This document shows, in pieces, positions 9,638-18,683 of a stretch of 64,000 bases of DNA. The stretch lies in NCBI GenBank assembly GCA_965200315.1, contig OZ241362.1, positions 4,288,001 through 4,352,000 of the forward strand. Direction: 5' to 3'. How positions within the stretch are numbered: position 1 is the stretch's first letter; each line of letters begins with the position of its first letter. The stretch comes from Candidatus Latescibacterota bacterium (GTDB lineage Bacteria; Latescibacterota; UBA2968; UBA8231). The translations under genes were made by a program, and so were the position numbers. The notes below the pieces were generated by a model. That model saw only the letters and a program-made list of their open reading frames with translations. It had not been told where the DNA came from and ran no database searches.

Positions 9638-9771
9638 TTGCTAATCGCCTCTGCGGTTGGCTGCCAGCGGTAAATTTGTGACATTGTTGCGAGTTTTTTA
9701 GCTTGCAACTGGAGAATACCACCGCGTCGCCACCTAGCGCAACAGCGCACCGCATAGAAGGAGCCGTCTCC

Positions 9772-10665
9772 ATGCCCATCCGCTTCGCCTTCCTCACCGA
9801 CACCCACCACTACCCCGACGCCCCGGAAGACTACGGCGCACCCAAGATGCTCACTCGCAGCGCGGAGGTGCTCGGCGCGATACCCCCGGCCCTCAACGCG
9901 CCGGCATTCGACTTTGTCGTCCACGGCGGCGACTTCCTCTGCGGCGGGTCGTCCTTTGACCTGCCCACCGAGACCTATTTGCGTTCGATTGACGAGGCGG
10001 CTGCGGCCTTTGCGCGGCTTGAAGCTCCTTTCTACTCAATCCCTGGCAACCACGACTGCGATGCCCAGAGCGGGTCCTTCGACGGTTTTGCCGCTCGCTT
10101 CCCCTATCCCGACCCCCTGATCGTCGTCGATGCCGCCCCGCGCCTGCGCTTGGCACTGGCCAATGTCTTCCACGACTGCGATGTATTTGAGAAAGGGTCT
10201 GGCGTCTGGACCGACGCGCTCGACGAGGCTCTGCGCACGGCCGCTGCCCAAGCCCTAGCCGATGGCTGCGCTTTGCTGCTCGTTCTGCACACTTGGATTC
10301 TGCCGGATTTCGCTTGGGACCGCGGCGTGGTGGAAGGTGCGCCTCGCTTGGTCAAGACGCTCGACGAAAGCCCGGCTATCGTAGCCGCCTTCACCGGCCA
10401 CCGCCACATCAACCGCATCACCGCCTACCGCGACTATCTGGTGGTCGATACGGCCTGTTTGATCGGCTTCCCCTTGGGATATCGCAGCGTTGTGCTCTCG
10501 GACGATGGCTTTTTTAAGACGCGCTTCCACACCCTCGATCTGCCCGATCTGATGCGAGCTTCCTACGACCGCTCAACGCCCGAGGAGAATCGGGTTTGGG
10601 AAGGGCACATCTTCGACCGCGACGCGGAGATTCTGTTGCCTCGGCTGAGGGCGCTGTGGAGTTGA
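9772..10665 (+). CDS. Calcineurin-like metallophosphoesterase
   Basis: TDTH, HGGD, PGNHD, TGHRH motifs; AAGGAG RBS before ATG 9772. Confidence 0.85.
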   Translation: MPIRFAFLTDTHHYPDAPEDYGAPKMLTRSAEVLGAIPPALNAPAFDFVVHGGDFLCGGSSFDLPTETYLRSIDEAAAAFARLEAPFYSIPGNHDCDAQSGSFDGFAARFPYPDPLIVVDAAPRLRLALANVFHDCDVFEKGSGVWTDALDEALRTAAAQALADGCALLLVLHTWILPDFAWDRGVVEGAPRLVKTLDESPAIVAAFTGHRHINRITAYRDYLVVDTACLIGFPLGYRSVVLSDDGFFKTRFHTLDLPDLMRASYDRSTPEENRVWEGHIFDRDAEILLPRLRALWS

Positions 10666-10698
10666 TTCCGTTCACATCTTTCTCTGAGGAGTAATCCC

Positions 10699-11505
10699 AT
10701 GAGCCGCGAGCTTCCCCGGACCATGTTAGGCCGCACCCATCTCGAGGTTACCCGATTTGGCATCGGCGGCACGTATTGCGAGTCGGTCGATGGCTACAAG
10801 GCGGCGCTCGATTGTGGCGTCAACTATGTCGATACGGCCCGCAGCTATCGCGGCGGTGAAGACGAAAAGGTGATCGGCCAAGCGATTGAGGGCCGGCGTC
10901 ACGATCTCATCGTAGCTAGCAAGTCCGTGCGGCGCGACGCCGAAGGGACGCGCCAAGAGCTGCAAACCTCTTTACGCACGCTCAAGACAGACTACCTCGA
11001 CATTTTCCAACTCCACCATTTGAACACCGAAGAAGAACGCAACCAAGCACTCGGCCCTGGCGGAGCATTAGAAGCCGCTCAACAAGCCCGCGAAGAAGGC
11101 TTGGTGCGCTTTATTGGCGTCACCGGACACGATTGGGTGCAAGTTGAACAGGCGGTCCGCACCGGGCATTTTGATACCGTCCTTTGCTGGTACAATTGTG
11201 CGATGAAGGAGCCGGAGGAAACGGTTTTTCCCGCCGCACAGGCCGCCAATACGGGTGTGGTGATCATGAACGCCTCGCGCAACGAGCGGTTGCTAACAGG
11301 CCCCGGCGCGCCCGCTCCTGAACAGTTCTATCGCTACGTGCTCAGTCACGACGCCGTGCATACCACGCTCATGGGTTTGCGGAGTGTCGATCTTTTCGCA
11401 CGAGTGGCCGCTGGCTTGTCGGAGCGCGAGATGATCACGCCACAAGAGCGGGCTGAGCTTGAAGCTTATGGAGCGCAGCAGCGGGCGGCTGGGGAGTTGG
11501 ATTGA
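10699..11505 (+). CDS. Aldo/keto reductase
   Basis: GVNYVDTARSY, SLRTLKTDYLDIFQLH, RFIGVTGH. Confidence 0.9.
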   Translation: MSRELPRTMLGRTHLEVTRFGIGGTYCESVDGYKAALDCGVNYVDTARSYRGGEDEKVIGQAIEGRRHDLIVASKSVRRDAEGTRQELQTSLRTLKTDYLDIFQLHHLNTEEERNQALGPGGALEAAQQAREEGLVRFIGVTGHDWVQVEQAVRTGHFDTVLCWYNCAMKEPEETVFPAAQAANTGVVIMNASRNERLLTGPGAPAPEQFYRYVLSHDAVHTTLMGLRSVDLFARVAAGLSEREMITPQERAELEAYGAQQRAAGELD

Positions 11506-11534
11506 GTGCCGACAGGAGGCTCGCCTGCGTCTTG

Positions 11535-12449
11535 TCAGCTTGTGCCGTCTAGAGGCTGGGCACATCGGAGTGCGGTCTCGGTTATCTCTTGTTTTATCAC
11601 CCGGTCGTCGAAGAAGTACGCCATCCAGTTGACGAATGCGAGCCATAGGTCGTTAGTGGAAAAATCGTCTCCGGAGATTGTCTCAAGATAAGAGTGGGCA
11701 TCGGAGCGGGTGAGTGTCGTGTCTTCGGTCGCGTCGAGAAGGGCTTCAGCGATTGGTATGGCCGCGATCAGGGAACGGACCGCAGTTCGGAATTCATCTT
11801 CCTTGAGACCCGGCTGGAGATTGGAACTCGCCAAGTCAGTCAGCAGAATGCGGTCGGCAGCTTTTACGTATTCGCTCGGGGGTTGTGTGTAGAACTGATA
11901 TGCGTATTCGGGTCGTCGACTGATCGGAAACCAAGGAGCCTCAAAATCAACCGTTGATGCCGTTGAGGTAGAAAGACTGTCAGCCAAGCGACGAGCGGCT
12001 TGCGCCATGAGCCTTGTTGCTGGGCGTTTCGCTTGAGAGATTTCCTTAAGCGTCGCAGCAATTCCAGGATCGTCGATGGTCGTCTCAACGAGAACCTCGA
12101 TATTCCTGCCGCCTCCTTCCCCTAGTCCGGCAAGAGTCACGTTGGCCGAGCCAGCGAGACATCGTTCGCCGGCGATATAGAGCTTAGCATGTAGCCTGTC
12201 AACGAGGGAAATGGTGAAGTTGCCGCGTTTCTCAAGCATGTCCAAGATTTCCGGATCGGATACGCCCGCTGCAACTTCTTGGGGGAGCCATCGCGTGACA
12301 CAATGCAGATGTGCGTCCGTGGGAATTACATCGAGCAATGACCGTAGTGCATCGACCTTAATGAACGGTGCGACGACTGAAACTTCACCTACGACACCCT
12401 CGAAAAGGGCACGAATCCGTCCGCCTTGGGTGTCATTAGCTGCCGCCAT
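11535..12449 (-). CDS. PLD-like (HKD) nuclease domain protein
   Basis: VAPFIK, LHAKLYI...GSANVT...NIE half-PLD motif (canonical Asp position is Gly). Confidence 0.7.
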   Translation of the reverse strand: MAAANDTQGGRIRALFEGVVGEVSVVAPFIKVDALRSLLDVIPTDAHLHCVTRWLPQEVAAGVSDPEILDMLEKRGNFTISLVDRLHAKLYIAGERCLAGSANVTLAGLGEGGGRNIEVLVETTIDDPGIAATLKEISQAKRPATRLMAQAARRLADSLSTSTASTVDFEAPWFPISRRPEYAYQFYTQPPSEYVKAADRILLTDLASSNLQPGLKEDEFRTAVRSLIAAIPIAEALLDATEDTTLTRSDAHSYLETISGDDFSTNDLWLAFVNWMAYFFDDRVIKQEITETALRCAQPLDGTS

Positions 12450-12455
12450 GATTCC

Positions 12456-14393
12456 CTACACCAGATCCGTGGGAGCGATTGAGCCATCGTCTTCATCGAA
12501 GAACTCCTCCGCGTACTTTCCCCATTCCACACGCGCATCGCGGACCTTGCGCCGAGCGAGGTCGGTCTGTTCTTCCTCATAACGAGCCCACGAGTAAATG
12601 AGAATACGGAAGGCCGCGGCGGCTTTCTCAAGACGTTCCCGAACTTCATCTTCGGTCAATTTATCAACATCGGGGTGCATGATGTCGTAAAGGTGTGAGT
12701 ACACGGGATGGTTCGTGTTGAGCGCGACTTGAATTACGTTGGGCAGTGATTCAACATAAAAGAATGCCGCACTTTCTTGCGCCGATTGGATCCAACGCAC
12801 TCGATTCCCCGCCTCGATTGTTTCGGCCACTCGTTGAAGCGCATCGCTCTGATCGAGACGATGCGTCTCGACTAGAGATTCGACTTGCGTCTCCTTGTGT
12901 TCCTCTTCGGTCCCTGATTCACCGGCTCGATCGGACTCTCCTTGATGCCCCTCCACAATACGACGTTTTATTGCGGCCGTTGCCTTTGCATCAGCTTTCT
13001 GGTCTTCGTTGGGAACATGACGCGGACCTCGGGGCTGGATCTTCTCCTTAACGCGAGACCGCATTGCAGTAATAACATTTCTGATCTGTTTGTGAAGTTC
13101 CAAAAGATCTACACGATGATCACCATCCTCCTTCATCCGACGGCGAACATCACCGCTCGACTCTTCACCGGGTAGTGCTTCACGTCTCCAGTCATACTGT
13201 GCAAGCCGCTGGAAAGTCACCGTGCCCTGTTTATTGTTGGTAACGCCGAATACTTCATCGAGTGCCGTCGGAAAGTCGACTTCTACCGTCCACCAACGTT
13301 CGGTCGGATCGTTACCATTTACCCATGATCGGTCGATCTCGATCTCGCGATGCGCTCGTACCAGCGAGACACCCATATTATGATCGGCATGCTTCCCCCA
13401 CGGTGCGTGCCCGGCATCTCTTCCAATAAACTCTTCAGGCCAATTGGCTTCAGGGTCGGAAGAGTCGCGGACATGGGCACGAGCGTAGCTCGCTCGGACG
13501 TAAACCTGATACTGCTGATCTTTATAGCTCACGGGCACTGGGAAAGGGCTTGCATCGAGTTCCTTGAACATTGGACCGACTCCGAATTGTTCAGGGCATG
13601 AAGTACCGGTCATAAGATAGAGGGGATCATTCGGCCTTACTTCGATGATACCATCCTTCTGTACCTCACTCGTACCTTCGTTTTCTTGAATGGGTATACA
13701 TGTGATGGTTCGCCGGGGTCCAATGTCTTCAGTTCTTGGATCATCCGGACACAGTCTCTCCGATGGCTTCGCGAGAAAACGCCGGTATATCCGTCCAAGG
13801 AGGGTCTCGGTGTGCTTGAAAGTCGTCGATGCCTGCTTCCATTCAACTCGGTCGAGCTCGCTCCATACTACTAAAGTGCCGGAATCGCCTAAAGTGCGGC
13901 TCGCCTCGAGGTAAACTTTTGGGATGGGTTGCAACTTGGGTTCACGGATTTCACGGGCACCGCGCTCCACATCGTCGATGGAAAGCTTCGCGTGGAAGGC
14001 ATTCGTGGCTCCTGATTGCCATGACCAGACATCTACCTGTCTTGCCTGCGACATCGATGAATTAGGAAGTCCAAGGCCAAAACGGCCGATTCCCCGTCTC
14101 TGTTGGCGAGTCCCATGACCGTAACGGAGGCTTCCTCGGAGCGTGTTTTGGTCCATGCCCTCGCCGTTGTCGAGGACAGCCAATTCCTTGAGGGTAAATC
14201 TTCCGGTGTGGCTATCTTGCCGACTTACTCCAAATATCTCGATTGTTGTCGCTCCACTCTCTATCGAATTGTCGATAAGCTCTGCAAGCGCATGTGTGGT
14301 GGACTTGTACCCGCTGTCGCGCATTGCCTCGACCGTCATTCTGGTATCAACGATTGAGAACTCCAGTTGTCCATCGAATTCAGTCACTGCCAT
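12456..14393 (-). CDS. MORC-type GHKL ATPase
   Basis: ALAELIDNS (N box), LDNGEGM (G1), GIGRFGLGL (G2), SGTLVVWSELD; GGAGG RBS before ATG 14393. Confidence 0.85.
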   Translation of the reverse strand: MAVTEFDGQLEFSIVDTRMTVEAMRDSGYKSTTHALAELIDNSIESGATTIEIFGVSRQDSHTGRFTLKELAVLDNGEGMDQNTLRGSLRYGHGTRQQRRGIGRFGLGLPNSSMSQARQVDVWSWQSGATNAFHAKLSIDDVERGAREIREPKLQPIPKVYLEASRTLGDSGTLVVWSELDRVEWKQASTTFKHTETLLGRIYRRFLAKPSERLCPDDPRTEDIGPRRTITCIPIQENEGTSEVQKDGIIEVRPNDPLYLMTGTSCPEQFGVGPMFKELDASPFPVPVSYKDQQYQVYVRASYARAHVRDSSDPEANWPEEFIGRDAGHAPWGKHADHNMGVSLVRAHREIEIDRSWVNGNDPTERWWTVEVDFPTALDEVFGVTNNKQGTVTFQRLAQYDWRREALPGEESSGDVRRRMKEDGDHRVDLLELHKQIRNVITAMRSRVKEKIQPRGPRHVPNEDQKADAKATAAIKRRIVEGHQGESDRAGESGTEEEHKETQVESLVETHRLDQSDALQRVAETIEAGNRVRWIQSAQESAAFFYVESLPNVIQVALNTNHPVYSHLYDIMHPDVDKLTEDEVRERLEKAAAAFRILIYSWARYEEEQTDLARRKVRDARVEWGKYAEEFFDEDDGSIAPTDLV

Positions 14394-15997
14394 ACGTCCT
14401 CCCAATTCAGAAATGCTGCCGCGACGTCACCGAATCCCGGCAGGCTTGAATCAACGACGGTTACGATTTCGCAGGCGTCCGTGCCACCTGCCTTTGGACC
14501 GCGGATCGCACGCCCGACCATCTGGCTGTATAGCACTAGGGACTTTGTCGGACGAGCAATGACTACCGCACTTGCCTTGGGTGCATCAAAACCAGTAGTC
14601 AACACACCGAAATTGACGAGGACCATCGGGATCTCGTCATCCGACTTGAAGGTACGGATGGCGTGGTCCCTCTCGCGCCCCGGCGTCAAACCGGTCACCG
14701 CCTTGCTTCGGATGTCGCGAGCGACGAGAATCGCCGTCAGGACTCGCGCATGTGCGACTGTGGCGGCGAAGACGAGCACACGCTGATGACCTGCGCCAAG
14801 CAGTTCCTCAATCGCGCCAAGTACTGCCGTCACATACTGTTCACTCATCGACAAGGTGGATACGATCTCTTCAGGGATGTCCAAAGCCCCTGAGATGCGA
14901 TTCAACTCGCTATCATTGATACTGAGGCCCGGTTTGGAAAAAAGCGTTTGGAAGGTAGGTCGGGCAAGAAAGCCGTTGTCTGTGAGATACTCAATCGGGT
15001 TATCACCGGGGACCTCGAGTGTGATCTTGTTTCTGGAAAAGAAGTCGGCGAGCTCACCGTCTTTGTCAATATCATCCCATGTTCGCCCTGGTGTGGCAGT
15101 AAGTCCCAAAAGGGCGCATCGGAAATCGAGGGTGAGATCGTTTGTGATCTGCCTGTAGGTTCTAGCAATGCTCTGGTGAGCTTCATCAAAGACCACTAGC
15201 CGGACCCGTGGGGAGAGTCGCACCGCCCAATCCGGGTCAGTTCGTGAGATTACAGACCAGCCTTTTGCCAGCCCGACGGCGAGGAATCCGTCGGAGAAGC
15301 TATCGAGTTCCGGCATTCTGTTGCCCCACATGGTTCCAATCTGTAGCGGTCTTGTGCCTAGATGTTTCCAAGCCTCCTTAAACGCCACCACCGCTTGCTC
15401 AAGCAGTTCTTTTCCTGATGCAAGCCAGACAACGACCGAGGGCTCATGGGTACGTAACGAATCCGCCACCACGTGCATAGCCGTGCGAGTTTTGCCCACC
15501 CCAGTAGGTAAGTGAAGAACCGCTCGGCGTTCATCGCAGGACAATAACGGTGTCAACTTCCGAACAGCCTTCCTCTGATGCTCGAACAAGCTGTATGCAG
15601 GGGTGATCGTAGCCGTTGGTGGCCCCGCCGGTGGCACGATCCGTTCTTCTACTAGGCCGAAGAAATCACGCAGCAGTCGCACTTCCGCCTCGGTCCAATC
15701 GCCTGCGTCAGTGGGGTGAATGCTTCGCCCGACGCGGCTTTCCAACTCGGGTCGCTTCTGTTCGGGGACCAAGCTCAGGACAAGCCTCCGTCCCTTCGCC
15801 TCTCCGATCAATATGTCGAAATCGACAAGTGTTCGAGCGACCCGCCGCAGATCGTCACCGGCAATGCTTCCACCAAAGATCGCATCCAGGACCGAAAGGA
15901 CATTGGAGTCTAAGAACCGCCGGATGTCCTGATCCGACAGCAATTCTAGGAATCGAGCGAAAGTCAAACCGGGGCCATCAAACATCGTTGATCTCAA
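14384..15997 (-). CDS. SF2 DEAH-box helicase/translocase (ResIII-like)
   Basis: LPTGVGKT, FDEAH, LTATPGR, LTTGFDAP, QMVGRAIRG. Confidence 0.9.
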   Translation of the reverse strand: MRSTMFDGPGLTFARFLELLSDQDIRRFLDSNVLSVLDAIFGGSIAGDDLRRVARTLVDFDILIGEAKGRRLVLSLVPEQKRPELESRVGRSIHPTDAGDWTEAEVRLLRDFFGLVEERIVPPAGPPTATITPAYSLFEHQRKAVRKLTPLLSCDERRAVLHLPTGVGKTRTAMHVVADSLRTHEPSVVVWLASGKELLEQAVVAFKEAWKHLGTRPLQIGTMWGNRMPELDSFSDGFLAVGLAKGWSVISRTDPDWAVRLSPRVRLVVFDEAHQSIARTYRQITNDLTLDFRCALLGLTATPGRTWDDIDKDGELADFFSRNKITLEVPGDNPIEYLTDNGFLARPTFQTLFSKPGLSINDSELNRISGALDIPEEIVSTLSMSEQYVTAVLGAIEELLGAGHQRVLVFAATVAHARVLTAILVARDIRSKAVTGLTPGRERDHAIRTFKSDDEIPMVLVNFGVLTTGFDAPKASAVVIARPTKSLVLYSQMVGRAIRGPKAGGTDACEIVTVVDSSLPGFGDVAAAFLNWEDVWQ

Positions 15998-17307
15998 GGA
16001 TGATCATCATCCGACATGGGTTGAGTACTTGAATCCGCAAAGTAGTGGGGAAGACTGACATTCTGGAGTTCCCGATTCAGTAGTCCTGCTAGTTCTTTTC
16101 TTACATTTTTTCTGGATGTCTTGAATGGAGCCCGAGTTAGATCGCCTCCGAGTGCGTTGAAAAGTAATTGGCGAGCAACTTTCTGATTCTCCTTTGTCGT
16201 CAACATACGTTTGTTCGTATTATCCCAAAGCAACCCCATCCAAGGGGCCTCAGCAAGGTTGGTCGGAGTATGTCCAACCGCCTCGATCGCCTCCGCGAGA
16301 CTCATGTCCGCACTTGAACGCAAATCGGCGACGACGCGTCCAATTAACATCAGTCCGACAGGTCGAAACAGCAAATTTCCACCATTAGAACTCCTGTACT
16401 CACCAGCAACGTTGTCTGCCGGAGAACTGTCAAGAAGTTCCTTGAGCGGAATAAAATTGTTGCATAGAGCGTCCCAAAACTTGCTTGCCGTTTGATAAAA
16501 TATCTCGACCTTTGACTCCGGCGGTCGCCAACGTTTATAGTCTCTCCAGCCTCGCTGACCGTTGCTTAGCACTATGTCCACGACGTCATACACTGTGACG
16601 ATAGTCGTCAGATTCGTCCGATCAGTGGGACTTATAGATTTTGACATGCCCATATCCACTTTGTCCACGAGGAGAGGGTGTTCTTCCAATAGCCTTCGCG
16701 TAATGATTGCGATGATGTCGTCTTCATCAAGTGCAATAATGTCACGTTTACGAACGGGTTTAGCGTAGCGATTTAGGGTCGAAAAAAGACGCCTCGTGCG
16801 CTGAAAACCATCTGGATCATGGCCGCGCCTACTTGCGATAACTCCTTGGATGAAGATCGTACATACTTTTTCATTCTTTAGAGCATTGTTCTTACCGATA
16901 GCCCCCATGATGCCTTTCACACGATGTTGTCCATCAATTGCGAACAGAGTCTCATCGCCGCTAAGTTCTAGGAGACCTATAGTCCCTTCAATTTTCTCCG
17001 GTACCGCGGCAAAATTTCGCCCCTTCACGGATATCTCGTGCCAATTAGGATGACCTCCATAGGTTCCGACCACAATCGCGTTGAATAGTCTCTGTTCTTG
17101 GCCAAGTAAGTAATTAGTGATTTTCACGGAATTGTCTGTGAGGCCCCTCTGCAACCACTCCTTCAAAGATTCGCTTGAATGGATATCGTCAACAACGCTA
17201 ACACGAGTTGCAATATCCTCCATGCTCATGAAGGATATATAATACACCCAATCGCCCATTGTTGCCCGAAGGGCGGGTAGGAAAAGTCGCTCATGAATAT
17301 CAACCAT
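15994..17307 (-). CDS. DGQHR (ParB-like, DndB-family) domain protein
   Basis: WLQR, LFAIDGQHR, RRLFSTLNRYAKPV. Confidence 0.85.
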   Translation of the reverse strand: MVDIHERLFLPALRATMGDWVYYISFMSMEDIATRVSVVDDIHSSESLKEWLQRGLTDNSVKITNYLLGQEQRLFNAIVVGTYGGHPNWHEISVKGRNFAAVPEKIEGTIGLLELSGDETLFAIDGQHRVKGIMGAIGKNNALKNEKVCTIFIQGVIASRRGHDPDGFQRTRRLFSTLNRYAKPVRKRDIIALDEDDIIAIITRRLLEEHPLLVDKVDMGMSKSISPTDRTNLTTIVTVYDVVDIVLSNGQRGWRDYKRWRPPESKVEIFYQTASKFWDALCNNFIPLKELLDSSPADNVAGEYRSSNGGNLLFRPVGLMLIGRVVADLRSSADMSLAEAIEAVGHTPTNLAEAPWMGLLWDNTNKRMLTTKENQKVARQLLFNALGGDLTRAPFKTSRKNVRKELAGLLNRELQNVSLPHYFADSSTQPMSDDDHP

Positions 17308-17771
17308 CAGAACGCTCCTTGTGCACGTTGCACTTCTCCGGTGAATCTTGTATTACAAGGAGGAACGAAAGCATTGATCAATTCCTCCTCTATATTGTCA
17401 AGTATTTCTTTATCGACCTTAGAATAAAAAAACATTATGAAGCCACCATACATTTCGAGGAGCCGTACGACTTTGGGACGTCTGACCCGTTCTCTGGTCA
17501 AATAGTCACCAAAGCGCTTATGGAGGTTCTTCGCTTGGCCGACGTACATGAGATAAGAGCAACCTAAGTGCCCCGCAATCCTAGGTTGGATCACTAAGGA
17601 ATAAACTCCGGTAGTATGAGGCACCTTGGACTTGCTATTGTCATTTAGTACGACGTTGTGCCATTTTAAGCGTACGTTACAAGTTTTCCATTGTTTTGGC
17701 CAAAGGCAAATAGACCAAATGTGCTTTTTGTATTCGTCCTGAGATGCTACAATATCCGCAGGTGAGGCCAT
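17307..17771 (-). CDS. GIY-YIG nuclease family protein
   Basis: GVYSL...YVGQAKNLHKRFGDY...IEEELI...PPCN; visibly AT-rich. Confidence 0.8.
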   Translation of the reverse strand: MASPADIVASQDEYKKHIWSICLWPKQWKTCNVRLKWHNVVLNDNSKSKVPHTTGVYSLVIQPRIAGHLGCSYLMYVGQAKNLHKRFGDYLTRERVRRPKVVRLLEMYGGFIMFFYSKVDKEILDNIEEELINAFVPPCNTRFTGEVQRAQGAF

Positions 17772-17834
17772 TAAGTCTTTTCCGGCGTTGAACTTATCAA
17801 TCTCTGGCGGTTCATTTCCTCGGGTCTTCCCGCA

Positions 17835-18683
17835 CTACAGAGCACACACCGTGCAGGGCGTGGTGTCGTCATCCTCGTCGAGGGCTTCGGAGAGTGCTTC
17901 GATCAGCGGGATGTTTGCCCGGGTCTTACTGGCGCGGGACACCGCTGCCTCGTGGCGTTTGAGAATCTCGTCTCGGCGGGACCGAAGCTCTGGGAGGGTT
18001 TCCCTTCCTGACCATGTGTACTGGCGACCACGCATAGCTTGATTTCCGAAATCGGCGTCACCGTCAATGCCAGCGTCCTGCAGCACCTTCCTTTCAATGG
18101 CGACCGCTCGCTCGAATAACTCAGGGTGGCGTTCGGCCAACCCGATCCATTCCGCCTTGCGTTGATAGAAGCAGAAGTAGCAGCCTGACCTTGTTCTCCA
18201 CTCATAGTACGCTGGGAGGCCTACGCCGGCATCCGCGAGAATCCTCATCACGCCATCGTGGTCAATTCCATCTTCGATGAACGGAAATCGGGTTTGGATA
18301 TTAGGCTTGGTGGAGATGTATCCCTTGCGGTTCGACTCATCAGCGCGAATCGCAACGTAGGAAAGTGCCGGAGCGTCACCGATCCATTCCTCGATCGGCT
18401 TAATCTTCATGTTCTTGGTGCACCATCGCATCTGAGGAGAGGGCAGCGTCCCACGGAACACCTCAAACCAGTGGTCAAAGCCACGTTGAGCGTTGAGACG
18501 GGCAATCGACTTGCCGAGGATCACTTCAAGACGGGTGAGGTACTCATAGGTTTCGGGAAGCTCGGCACCGGTGTCGCAGAAAAAGTACTCCATCTCGGGC
18601 ACCTTGTCCCGAAGGTAGATGGCGAGTGCACTGGAGTCTTTGCCGCCTGAGATGCCGCAGATGTGGCGGATGATTTCAGCCAT
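17835..18683 (-). CDS. sspD: PAPS-reductase-family ATP pyrophosphatase, SspD-like
   Basis: SGGKDS PP-loop, RWCT, RSGCYFC, C-terminal CTVC; directly follows the DUF4007 and ATPase genes. Confidence 0.78.
   Translation of the reverse strand: MAEIIRHICGISGGKDSSALAIYLRDKVPEMEYFFCDTGAELPETYEYLTRLEVILGKSIARLNAQRGFDHWFEVFRGTLPSPQMRWCTKNMKIKPIEEWIGDAPALSYVAIRADESNRKGYISTKPNIQTRFPFIEDGIDHDGVMRILADAGVGLPAYYEWRTRSGCYFCFYQRKAEWIGLAERHPELFERAVAIERKVLQDAGIDGDADFGNQAMRGRQYTWSGRETLPELRSRRDEILKRHEAAVSRASKTRANIPLIEALSEALDEDDDTTPCTVCAL

Noticed and set aside
17835-18683. Sulfate-assimilation cysH
   Set aside because: No cys genes nearby; coupled to the DUF4007/ATPase genes and a cysteine desulfurase
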